Positions 12,150 to 22,455 of a DNA stretch of 64,000 bases are shown one piece after another. The notes under the pieces were generated by a model that saw nothing but the letters and a program-made list of their open reading frames with translations, had not been told where the DNA came from and made no database searches. The stretch is from Chrysomallon squamiferum. Its lineage: Eukaryota > Animalia > Mollusca. The first letter of the stretch is position 1, and every line of letters begins with the position of its first letter. Location: assembly GCA_012295275.1 (NCBI GenBank), contig CM022667.1, forward strand, positions 12,896,001 to 12,960,000. The letters run 5' to 3'. The position numbers were made by a program, and so were the translations under genes.

Positions 12150-15100
12150 AGACACACACATACACAGACACACACACACACACACACACATACACAGACA
12201 CACACACACACAGACACACACACACACATACACAGACACACACACACACACACACAGACACACACAGACACACACACAGACACACACACAGACACACACA
12301 CACACAGACACACACACAGAGATACACACACACAGACAGACACACAGAGACATACAGACACACACACACAGAGACATACAGACACACACACAGAGAGACA
12401 GACACAGACACACAGACAGGCACACACATCCACACACACACACACACAGACACACACACAACACACAGACACACACAACACAACACACACAGACACGCAC
12501 ACACAAACATACACACACAGACACACACACACACACAGACAGACACAGACATACACAATCTTCATAAAACTAACACTAAAAAAAAATATTGTCGTTTGTT
12601 AAAAATAGTTTCATTATTAATGAACATCATTATTATAATTTGACTTAAAATCTTGATAAGAACTACTTAAATAAAAAATTATCAATTGTTAAAAAGTTTC
12701 ATCATTAATTCTATTTTATTATTATCATTTGTCATAAAATGTTCATAAAACTACTAAAAAAAGATAATTATCGTTTATTAAAAACAGTTTCATGGTTATT
12801 TCCATTTTATCATTACTGTTTTATTTTATTTTTTTAATATTTTACTCAAGATGTTGTGACAAATGATAATAATAATATTAACGACAAAAATGTTTTTAAC
12901 AAATGATGCTGTTTATTTAAAATCTTCATAGGTGTTATGAAGGTGCTTATGATAAAATTAATTATGATGATTGGAAGTTATTTTGTGGTTGTTTACTTCC
13001 TAGTTGCTCCAATGCGTGGACGTGGATTGATGAGTCAGAACAGATCTGATCCATTTCGGTCACGCCCTCCAAACACGAGTCGCCCCCATCCATGCACGTC
13101 GATGACTTCATCAAGATGGAGAAAAACCGATCTCACAGTCCATCGCCACAGCAGCAGCACATTCAGAGTACCACCACGAGACGAATAGACAAAGTAAGCT
13201 CATTTAAAAATATAAAATTTCTATATTTATAGTTTAGACTTTAATTTTTTTTTTTTTTTTTATTATGATAAATAAATAAAAATTTTAAAATCGTAAATGT
13301 ACTGACAGCACTGCAGATATAATTAAGTAATTTTTTTTTTTTTAATCCTGTTTATTGTAAGAGCCACTCATGTTTTTGTAAAGCTGAAAGATGCATCAGT
13401 TTACCTTTTGTATTTTTGTAAGATGAAGTCATGTCTTTAACTGATGACAGTTTTTTTTAATTTCTCTCACCTCACTGTTTAAAAACAATATTAAAATTTG
13501 TTACGGCGAAACTGTTAAAACGTAGCTGAGTTTTATTTTAACGTATTAATAATTACATTTGTTTTTAACAGGACACTTCACCCTACAGAGGGCGTGGTCG
13601 AGGCGGTTTCCCGTTCAGTGACAGAGGTAGAGGTGGGTTTTCCACACGGGGGAAATTCTTTACCCCACCACCGAGCTATGGACCTCCAGAACATAGTGAG
13701 TTGATAAAAAAAAAAAAAAAAAAAAAAAAGCAATGGAGGTTACCTCCTGAGCAGACTATTACAACTGATAATGGATGGAGACCATCAATTCAGTATTTTA
13801 CATTCAGTTTTTAATTCGTTGAGAGAAAGTTTGGGCTATAGCTCTGTGGTATATATATATACACTAGTATGGAGTGAACTGTATTTAAACATGGTTCCTA
13901 CAGATCCTTAAAAACCCATAAAAAAAAAATCTTACATTTTAGAATAATTGTCAATTCTTAAAAACTTCAATCTCAGGAAGATGTTCAAAAAGTCAGTAAA
14001 AGTCTGTAAACAAAAACAAACAAAACAGAAAAACATTTTGTTTCAGTGTTTATTAGGGTTCTGTTCTTTATTTTCTTTACACTGGTATTTTCTATGTTTG
14101 TGGTGAATGTACTGTGAGATAGTTAGTCCAGCAGTGATAATCACCTCTCCCTTCTCTCTGTGTTGCATGCAGTGATTATTTTCCCAAAAGAGGTCCCATA
14201 ATATTCATGTGGATCTCATCCTTAAAAATCCATGGAAAGTCCTTAAATTTCTGTTGTGTGGGAACCATGTTTGATTTTCTGAATCTTTGGTTTAAAACCA
14301 TCATCAGTTTTGTGTCAGTGTAACTGTTGATAGCTTTGTTTTGTTTATAAGTGTATTGGTGTGTCTTAATATTACAAATTATTTGAAAATATTTGCATTT
14401 CATCTTACAAGACTTGATGAATAATCCACGAACACTGTAAACAAGAAAACAAAGTCAAACAGAATAAAAGTAAAAATATGAAAAATTGACATTTCATCTA
14501 TAAATTATTAAAAGTAAAAGACATTCTCCACATGTCTTTAAGAAATAAAAGACTTTAAGAAGTTAAAATATGAAAGTTAGAATTATATCTCTGTGGCAAC
14601 TGATTTCATAGTAATAAAACAAAACATTATCCATAAACCACCCACTTGAATAAAAAAATAAAATAACATAACTTAGCATAAAATAACAAAATAAAATAAG
14701 TTTAAAACAATAACAAAATTATCACAATTAAGATTAAATTATAAAAACGGACATTTTGTATGTGTTCAGCTGATTTCACATTACTAAGACACTTACTCTA
14801 TTCATCCATCTTAATAAATAAAACAAAGTTAAAATATGAAGAACGATATTTATTTCATCTCTGTATATAGCTGATACAATATCTATAAACCACCCACTGT
14901 AAGAAATAAAACAGAATAAAAGAAATAAAATGTGTATAGTGCTGATTTTAACAGTGTGTTACTTGTTGCATGTGATTTTTCTTACAGTGCAGCGTGGAGC
15001 AATGACTTCATATCGAGGTGACAGAGGGAAATTCAGCCCTCGTGGATTTTACAGAGGAAGGTAAACTAATAATCATCTGACTGTAAAATTACAGTAAATG

Positions 15101-16344
15101 TATTGTCAACTAACTTAGAATATTAATATCTTATACTAATCTGACACTGAAATCTGACCCTATCCTGTAAACCATAGACTAACATAAATGCAAAAATATT
15201 GACGCTAATCTAATATTATTCTGGCAGTTTGACAATGTGCTACTACTGATAGTTTAAATGGACAAAACATATAATGTTAAACATGGAAAGTTTCAAACTG
15301 AGTGTTTTTAATGACAGTGATTATATCTTGATTTTATGCCATACTAATTCTCTCATAATAAAAGACATAAAATAAGGAAGTTTGTTCAGTATTTGATTTT
15401 GAAAACGAATGTTAATTATATGGAATAAAAAGACTAATTATTATTTTTTTTATTTTTTTTTCTCTCTCTTCTCTTTTGAATGTTTCATAGGATAAAGAGC
15501 ATTTTTTATTAATCAACTATTAATTTTTTTCATTTTGATTAGAAAAGTTATAAAATTACTGATTGTTGTTTCAGTTACGACCCTCGACCCAATGTGGGGG
15601 AGAGAGGTGGGACTCGCAATGCCCGGTTTTCACCACGAGGTCGGGCAGTTTGGACGAGAGAGAGCAAAGACAATGGAAAGTAGGTGTCCGTATGTTAGTG
15701 TCTCTGTCAGTATATACTACTGCCACTGTTAATGTGTTATTTTTGTTATTTTTGTTTCAGTTTTATAATTTATTTTTTTATTTTTTGTTAGTTTTAGTTT
15801 TAATTTGGGTTTTTTTATGTGTTGCGTATGTCATAATGTGTTTCTGTATACGAGTGTGTTAGTAAAAAGTTGTAGACTTACTGATTGTAACTGTGTTAAC
15901 TTAATGTTTCTCTTTTTGCAAAAAATTCACTGTTAGAATTCTATGGAGATCTGTTTGTAATCTCTAGTGTCATTTGTATAGATCCAGTCTGTGTTTTCAG
16001 GGAAAATTTGTTTTCAATATTAATTCTTAAAATTTCATTAATATTTTTAGCTACATTGTGTAGTTTGTAATAGTTTAATTCAGGTATACATTTACATTTT
16101 ACCACACTTCATTTTTTTTAATTATTATTATTATTTTTTTTTTTTTGCAAGGTAAAATGGACTTAATAAATAGTTTTATTTTTAATTTGCAAATAATTTT
16201 TTATTTTTATTTTTAATTTACAAATAATTAATATGAGTGTAATAATAAAAATAAAAGCTAACTTTATTTTTGTTTCACAGCAGATTTCCAGTTCAAGGAA
16301 GGCGAGAGTTTGCAGGAAGACATATTCGATCATTTACAAAATAA
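1..16344 (+). CDS. VIRMA: Protein virilizer homolog (VIRMA/KIAA1429), 5'-partial spliced gene: join(<1..79,814..899,1360..1506,1962..2057,3016..3091,3614..3750,4345?..4444?,4998..5088,5738..5941,6494..6599,6988..7062,7659..7819,9940..10198,10803..10899,11417..11696,12028..12092,13004..13193[frameshift],13572..13695,14988..15060,15575..15679,16281..16344)
   Basis: Hand-assembled GT-AG exons with matching phases give motifs collinear with VIRMA as I recall it: [67 protein letters not shown](PSMHVDDF), RGG-rich tail, GRHIRSFTK*. Confidence 0.95.
55..295 (+). repeat. Degenerate ~31-bp tandem repeat (7-8 units) whose first unit spans a VIRMA exon end and donor
   Basis: Units resembling AGTCCTCAAACYWAGTTTACTTAAnCTATTT start near 55, 85, 116, 147, 178, 209, 240 and 277. 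Confidence 0.7.
814..899 (+). CDS. VIRMA: VIRMA exon: [29 protein letters not shown]
   Basis: TTTAG| acceptor, CAG|GTTAG donor. Confidence 0.9.
1360..1506 (+). CDS. VIRMA: VIRMA exon: [12 protein letters not shown]...[10 protein letters not shown]
   Basis: TTTCAG| acceptor, GAG|GTGATG donor, phase 0/0. Confidence 0.9.
1535..1790. repeat. Degenerate (ATGA)n/(GGAT)n microsatellite
   Basis: Visible GAAT/GGAT periodicity; produces the spurious HPFIHSFI ORFs. Confidence 0.85.
1962..2057 (+). CDS. VIRMA: VIRMA exon: [32 protein letters not shown]
   Basis: TTTTCAG| acceptor, AAG|GTAATT donor. Confidence 0.9.
3016..3091 (+). CDS. VIRMA: VIRMA exon: [25 protein letters not shown]
   Basis: CACAG| acceptor, G|GTGAGA donor, phase 0/1. 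Confidence 0.9.
3614..3750 (+). CDS. VIRMA: VIRMA exon: [17 protein letters not shown]...[20 protein letters not shown]
   Basis: TGTAG| acceptor, CAG|GTGGAC donor; conserved LPLPLP motif. Confidence 0.92.
3712..4112 (+). repeat. ~70-bp tandem repeat (6 units) made of the exon 3' end plus 5' splice site
   Basis: GAAATACTTC...GTCAAAACAG(G)TGGGCTTTTCTAGAAAAT recurs, with GT at 3751, 3818, 3889, 3958, 4028 and 4101. Confidence 0.92.
4345..4444 (+). CDS. VIRMA: Putative, damaged-looking VIRMA exon containing HALNSRKL
   Basis: ALNSRKL resembles the ALNTRKLW motif expected here. 4345..4444 is stop-free with phases 0/1 that fit both neighbours, but its 3' half duplicates intronic sequence, so the boundaries are uncertain. 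Confidence 0.5.
4998..5088 (+). CDS. VIRMA: VIRMA exon: [30 protein letters not shown]
   Basis: TTCAG| acceptor, AA|GTAAGT donor. Confidence 0.93.
5738..5941 (+). CDS. VIRMA: VIRMA exon: [10 protein letters not shown]...[10 protein letters not shown]
   Basis: TGTAG| acceptor, GG|GTCAGT donor, phase 2/2. Confidence 0.9.
6494..6599 (+). CDS. VIRMA: VIRMA exon: [35 protein letters not shown]
   Basis: TTTCAG| acceptor, GTG|GTTAGT donor. Confidence 0.9.
6988..7062 (+). CDS. VIRMA: VIRMA exon: [25 protein letters not shown]
   Basis: TTTTCAG| acceptor, CAG|GTACGA donor. Confidence 0.9.
7225..7560. repeat. Degenerate (ACT/ATT)n low-complexity tract
   Basis: Trinucleotide periodicity; source of the poly-Leu ORF 7156..7365. 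Confidence 0.8.
7659..7819 (+). CDS. VIRMA: VIRMA exon: [11 protein letters not shown]...[19 protein letters not shown]
   Basis: TTTTCAG| acceptor, AG|GTAATA donor, phase 0/2. Confidence 0.93.
8158..9985 (+). repeat. Minisatellite of 31 units (54-65 bp), each a 3' splice site plus the first ~40 nt of the downstream exon
   Basis: (ATTT)nCAG|TGGTTTAAAG(AAG)ATTTCCAGCGTTTTTAACAATCTGCTGAT counted by eye 31 times; the last unit is the real exon start at 9940. Confidence 0.97.
9940..10198 (+). CDS. VIRMA: VIRMA exon: (S)[25 protein letters not shown]...LDDLEKLLE
   Basis: Starts at the last acceptor of the tandem array, the only one that gives an open frame; donor GAG|GTGAGA. Confidence 0.9.
10803..10899 (+). 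CDS. VIRMA: VIRMA exon: [32 protein letters not shown]
   Basis: GTTTAG| acceptor, C|GTGAGT donor. Confidence 0.9.
11417..11696 (+). CDS. VIRMA: VIRMA exon: [26 protein letters not shown]...RPRRPKG
   Basis: TTGCAG| acceptor, GG|GTAAGA donor; overlaps ORF 11452..11700. Confidence 0.92.
12028..12092 (+). CDS. VIRMA: VIRMA exon: [21 protein letters not shown]
   Basis: TTTCAG| acceptor, G|GTAAAT donor, phase 2/1. Confidence 0.85.
12104..12556. repeat. Compound (CA)n/(CAGA) microsatellite
   Basis: Visible directly; source of the CVCVCV ORFs. Confidence 0.95.
13004..13193 (+). CDS. VIRMA: VIRMA exon APMRGRG...[25 protein letters not shown]...RRIDK, with an apparent 1-nt deletion at 13083-13087
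   Basis: CCTAG| acceptor, AAA|GTAAGC donor. Adding one C to the C5 run restores both the conserved motif and the phase-0 join to the next exon. Confidence 0.88.
13572..13695 (+). CDS. VIRMA: VIRMA exon: [13 protein letters not shown]...[15 protein letters not shown]
   Basis: AACAG| acceptor, A|GTGAGT donor; FFTPP motif. Confidence 0.9.
13887..14272. mobile_element. Non-autonomous DNA transposon (MITE-like), ~385 bp, in a VIRMA intron
   Basis: Terminal inverted repeats AAACATGGTTCCTACA (13887) and TGTGGGAACCATGTTT (ends 14272) match 15/16; subterminal CCTTAAA motifs near both ends; no coding capacity. Confidence 0.7.
14988..15060 (+). CDS. VIRMA: VIRMA exon: (M)[23 protein letters not shown]
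   Basis: TTACAG| acceptor, AG|GTAAAC donor, phase 1/2. Confidence 0.85.
15575..15679 (+). CDS. VIRMA: VIRMA exon: [34 protein letters not shown]
   Basis: TTTCAG| acceptor, AA|GTAGGT donor, phase 2/2. Confidence 0.85.
16281..16344 (+). CDS. VIRMA: VIRMA terminal coding exon: [20 protein letters not shown]
   Basis: CACAG|CAG acceptor; conserved C-terminal GRHxRSFT motif; TAA at 16342-16344. Confidence 0.92.
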
Positions 16345-17316
16345 AACTTTCATTGTGAAATTTCTTTGGCTGTTGAAATGAAATGATAATTCTCTGGCTG
16401 TTGAAAAAGAAAATGACAAAAATCATTTACAGTATCAAATTTACCTACATTATGAAAATTCTTCAGTTATTGAAAAAGAAAACAACAACAATCTGCCTAC
16501 CAAAGAAGATTAAATGTTTTTTCTATTTTATTATTTTTTTTTTGGTGTTGTTTCAAAACATTTTTACTGACAAGAAATTGGTGATTTTCATGATTTGGGA
16601 ATTTGAAGACAGTCTGACTAGAGAAGTCACTTCCATATTTTTGAGAATTCTACGTTACAAGAATGGAAGAAAAATAAAACGTTTTAATGTTAATTGTTGT
16701 TTCAAAACATTTGTGTCATCCACATAGCAGTTATTTTCATGTCTTTATTATTTGTAACTTTAGTCAAACTTGGATTCTGTTTTTGTTTTTCACTTTACAT
16801 TGATGTGAACATTTAAACTCTAGATCATGAAGATCAGAGGTAACTTTTCATTTATATAATTTATCAGTCCAACAGTAACAGATGTATTTTTTGTACTAAT
16901 GAATCATGCATCAACAGCATCAGAACAGTATAAAAATATTTGTTCTTTTATGACTGATGAAAGTTGAAAAAACCTGGTTTTGAATTTCAGTTTTATTTTT
17001 TCTTGTTGTTTTATTTCAAATTTATATTTCTAAAGGAACCCTGTGTTCTTAAACATAAATGTACATGATGAATTTTATTTTTAAATGGTACATAAAAAAA
17101 ATATATTAAAAAAATCAAGACTTTATAACATTATTCTTTTTTGAAATATTTTGTTATGGATCATAGCCAATATAAAAAGTATACAATGAGAATGATTACC
17201 GATGAAGATTTGCCTGTGCAAGTTATTTCCCCTTTCGCGATACAGGAAATAACATTTGACATGGATAAGTCATTCAATTATGTTGGCGACTTCATTTAAA
17301 AGGCATTCCAGTACAT

Positions 17317-17317
<1 letters not shown>

Positions 17318-17374
<57 letters not shown>

Positions 17375-17423
17375 TAATAATAATAATAATAATAATGATA
17401 ATAATAATAATAATGATAATAAT
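17318..17423. repeat. (AAT)n microsatellite
   Basis: Visible directly. Confidence 0.95.
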
Positions 17424-19291
17424 ACGTATACTTATTTAATTAGTTAAAAACACTTATTCGTTCAACAACATCAATGTCTTCTTATAACTTAAAAAGTAAA
17501 TGTGTGTTATTGCACAACTCTTAGCAAATTTAAAATATCGATTCCAACCATTAAAGAAACCGATTCGTAGGTTAGGTTATTACAAGGTATTCACGATTAA
17601 AAAATTAAAATGGAAAATAAAGTATAAAACCCAGTAATTAGTTCAACGAATTTTAAATCAATATACAAACTACTGTGGGAATTATCTAAATTGAATAGTA
17701 CTATTTTTCGAAGTTTTGCTTTCGTGATACTAAAAGCAAAAAGGTAAAGGAAAATGACAAGGAACTGGAAAGAATGAATGCAACACTGGACTTCCTGAAG
17801 TGGAGGAACCACCTCAACAGAAAGATCTTCAATAACTTAACTGAGGAAATAAAAGTAGAGACCATTCATGAAAAAAAAAAAAATGAAAGGATTTAAAAAA
17901 TTATTTTTTTTATGTTTTAGAAAATGTTCTTGTTTCTAAAGAATTTCTCATTTTTCAACTTTCGGCAAAAATTTTCAACGTAAAACAAAAAGGGGGGAAA
18001 ACAACAACAACAACAACAACAACAAAACCAGTGAAAAGAACGCTAACTTTCTCATCTTAGATTTGCCTATAAGTGTTCCCTTTTCCATTTTATCATGAAC
18101 ACATTTCTCTGGTTTCGGAAGGAGCTTAATATATAATTTTATAAAGAAAAGTAACATTATGGAAAGACAATTGTATCAAAGAAATTACTGTGTCTAGGCT
18201 TTTTCAACGCAAAATAAACTGTCTCTGACTTTTTAATAATGAGGTTGATATACTGTTAAACTGGACTGTCATCTGTTATAATCCTGTGATTTTTGGAATA
18301 GTTGACTGATTATTTCAAGGAGAACGTTCACATTCTGAGCACTGACTTGACTTTTCTTCAGGCCCATTTGCGTTTGACGAGAAGCATGTCTATGAATACT
18401 TTACTTTTAGTAGAAACTGTAACAAGAACGAGACTTCTTCATCCCAAGTTTGATTTGTTTTCTCGTTTCCGTGTTTTTATTACCACTCACACTGATAATG
18501 TAATTATTTTTTTTTTTTACCGAATCTTCAAAACATTCATGGACAAATCGTCCATTTTCTGTCAGTTTTCTTCTATATGACCACGATTGCCGCAAAGCTT
18601 GTCAAAACATTCATTTCAGATAGCACTGCTGGTCAAGGCTATAAATTGTTTTATTATTATGTCAAAAGAGCAGTGAATTTTTCACTTGTCGATGTTTATT
18701 GAGGTTACCTACGAGACAGCGTTTTCCCCATGGCTGAAAAGAAAGCTTTGCTGACGTCTTTTTAAACTGTGTATCGAGCTTAACTTTTTCAGTTGGGAAT
18801 CCAATAAGAAAGATACATTTTTTTTTTTTTTTTTCTCGTTTTTATTACCACTCACATTGAACATGTACTCGTTTTTACCGGATCTTCATGGACAAATCGC
18901 CATGTCTGAAACATTTACACTAATGACGTTGGACACATTCTTGCTGAGTAACGCAGCTGTTGCTTTGCCGAGCACGAGAATGTGGTGTTTTCCCCCGATA
19001 GCTGAAAGAAAAACTTCATTGATGTTTGTATTCTCTCTCGAGTTCAACTTATTGTTAAAAGAACTGAGCTATGTAAGAATACATATCTCGCACTTAAAGC
19101 ACGAAGTTAAACCTTAAATTTGCCTCCAATTGTTCCCTTGCCCATTTTATCAACGACACATTTCTTAAATGAAACAGTCAGGTTTTACGTTTCAAAAGCA
19201 GCGAATTGAATAGTCGAGTCATTACTTTGTTCTTCTAATAATTATATTTTAATAGTTAATGGGGAGGATCTGAATATACAAGCTGGTAAAG

Positions 19292-19332
<41 letters not shown>

Positions 19333-22300
19333 ACTAAAATAGCAGTATAAAGTAAAGAACAATATCTAAGCGTTTTCAACCCAAAGTAAATTTGTACACC
19401 ATATATGACATTTCCCTGTTGAGGTTGATGTATATCTTTTTATTCTCAATTATCTACGTTTGAAATTAATATTAATTATTCATTTTTGTTGTATATAACT
19501 GTTAATTCTTGTAATATTTATATTTGTTAAATATTTTCAGTGATTAAAACAATTAATTAAATCATCTCCATTTTACTTTTTGATTTTGATTTTAGATGAT
19601 GATGTTGATTACAATGATGGTATTGTTATTGTTAAGTAAAAACGAAACATCAGTAAATGACACACATGCACTCTCACACACACAAACTCACACTGACACT
19701 ATACCAGTCTTCAAGACTTTTTCATAATAGAACTATGGTGTTATTTGGATTTTTGATTGAAATGTCTGAGAGAAACATTTGAATTAACAAAACAGAAACT
19801 TTGATCTGACACAATAAAGCATGCTGGTATTTTCAATTAAACTAAGAATACTACAGTATAAATTCACAGTTTAACAGTTAAGTGTTCATATAGATTTTGT
19901 ACACAAAAATATACTTCGTAAACTGTAAAATGCACTCCCAAAAATAGTTTCTAAGAATGAATGATAGAATAAAATTATTGATACCTGAATACACAGTGAC
20001 GTTAATAATCATGAGTAAGTATTTATACAGTGATATGAAAGAAAACTCACTGCTACAACTAGAATATTCATCAATGAACAGAAAATTATTCTTTAATATG
20101 GTTTCTCTCGGAATGGAAACAAAGCACATTCTTTTTTTTTTTTTTTAAAATGCTCTTTTAAATTAAAAGGAAGGAAAACTATGGATCTATAATATATTCA
20201 TTAACATATAATAATAATAATAAAAATGTTAATGATGAAGATGATAATTAATTAACAAAACATAAAAACAAAGACATTCATCTAAAATATTTTATTTATT
20301 TGAGGTTATTAAAAATAGACAATAAAAATCAATTAAAATTCTACAAGTTACAAGAATAAGGAATGCAGAACTCTGAAAACACACCAAGAAAATACAGTGG
20401 AATGAAAACCAAATTTGATGTCAAAATTTATAAATGTTTTACAAATTTATATTTTCTTTATGACTGTTAATACTTTCCCTATTTCTAGTGTTTTTATTGG
20501 CAATCTCTGTCTCTTTAGCACGAACACACCCTTCCTCATATACAATCTTTTTTTACTGACTACACTGTGACAATGAATTTTTTTTAAGAATTTTTTTTCC
20601 ATCACTCAAACTACTGAGTAGTAAGTGACACAGAATTCTTTTTTTAAAGAAATCTAAAATATATATTTATATCAATTTTTTTTTTTTTTTATCATATATA
20701 TACACAATAGGATTCAGATAATTGGGACATTACCATTCAAAGAGATGTAATGTGGATCATCATGTATATTGAATACTCTTAACACATCAATGTGTACTTG
20801 AAAACTAAGATATATTTTTTATTTAGCTGAAATCTTCTACAAATTAAATTAATCTGTTTTCTACTCCCTGTCCTTTCAACACAAAATAATCAAACAAAAA
20901 TATCCATTTGAACAAGAAGAATAAATATACTACTGTTTGTAATCAAGTATGTAAGTCTATCAAACGCTAGTGCTTGCCAATAGAATTATATACTCAAAAG
21001 ATTCATTTGTATTCTTTATTTACAAATTCTGGAACTGGATACAGTATAATTATCTTGTTTCACTGTCAGTCTGTCCTGTGATTTATGAAAACTTTATAAT
21101 AAATGTTATGATAATTTTATAGTTAAAAAAAGAAAAAAGAAAAACAAATCAAAAACATTTTTAATATCACATAATTTATAAACTGTTCTATACACTTTAT
21201 AAATTTATTAATGGGCTGCCCATTTAAAAAATATGTAAAAATGGTCAAATGCAATAATCTATGTATTAAATGCAATTATTTTAATCTGAAAGATATGGAA
21301 ATTCATTGAGTAACATAAAAAAGATTTTCACATGACAAACTTCTTATATATTTATTTTATTTTATTATTATTATTTTTTTAATTTTAATTAGCATTATCT
21401 GGTTCCTGTTTATGAATCAAACATGAAGAATGTAAGTATTTAAAAAAATAAAAAAATAAAAATAATGATAATAATAATAATGAACTAAAAATTCCCACAA
21501 GATTTGAGTTTCCATAACATGGAATTCACTGTATCTTCAGAAGAGAAGAATGTAACAATCTATGTGTTATGCAGTTACCCAGTAAATAATAAAGAAACAA
21601 ATTAAATCTGAACTTGAATGAAAAAATCAACCTCTACAGAGAACTCACTTAATGACAAGTGTGAGCACACTATGTACCATGCAAAGATGTTAAAACACTA
21701 ACTGAAAAATACAGTTAACAGAAAAAGAAATAACTGAGAATTAAAAATGTAGATTCAAGCAAATTTCTACTCAGTTCTTAATGAAATTTCAAAGACAATG
21801 TAGACACACACACACTGGATGTGACAACAAATTCAAAGATTAGTAATGTATCTATCAGGTACTATTCAACAACATGTGAAGCGAAAGATACATTTTGTAA
21901 TGAAACAGAGAGTTAAAAAAAATAAAAAATAAAATTATTAAACCAGACTATGTGCTTTATGAAGTTTAGAATGTACAATTTGGTTTTTCTTCATTTGAGA
22001 GAAATAAAAATTAAGTTAAAAAGTTAATATATATAACTTGTTTATGTGACCAAATAGATATTGTTTCTTTTAACAAGTGAAAATTAATTTTACAAATTTA
22101 ATACAAAATCATGATGAACATTCTAAAACAGTATAAATTTATGTTGGGGGAAAATAAAATAAAATAAAATAAAATAAAATAAAAATGCAGACATTCTCTA
22201 CCAAATCTGATACTGGATGAAGAAATTCACTATGACAGAGAACTTGGTTTATTCTTATACAACATGTGAAACACACTATAATTACAAATAAAACCAGTAA

Positions 22301-22455
22301 ATGTGAAAAAGGAACTGGTGAAGATGTTCACCTCAATGTAGAACTCACTTTAACCTCAGAAGACAAGTGTGAAGAACGTTACATAATGCAACTATGTTAA
22401 TACATTTGACAGAAAATATATAAATGTGAATGAAAAATGTGTTTCGATTTTGGAA

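Noticed and set aside
12004-12565. Long Cys/Val-rich ORFs (160-184 aa) on the minus strand
   Set aside because: They are translations of a (CA)n microsatellite; only 12028-12092 on + is coding.
17699-17895. ~65-codon stop-free stretch (KVKENDKELERMNATLDFLKWRNHLNRK...)
   Set aside because: No recognisable family, no convincing splice sites, ends in a poly-A run; at most a relic.
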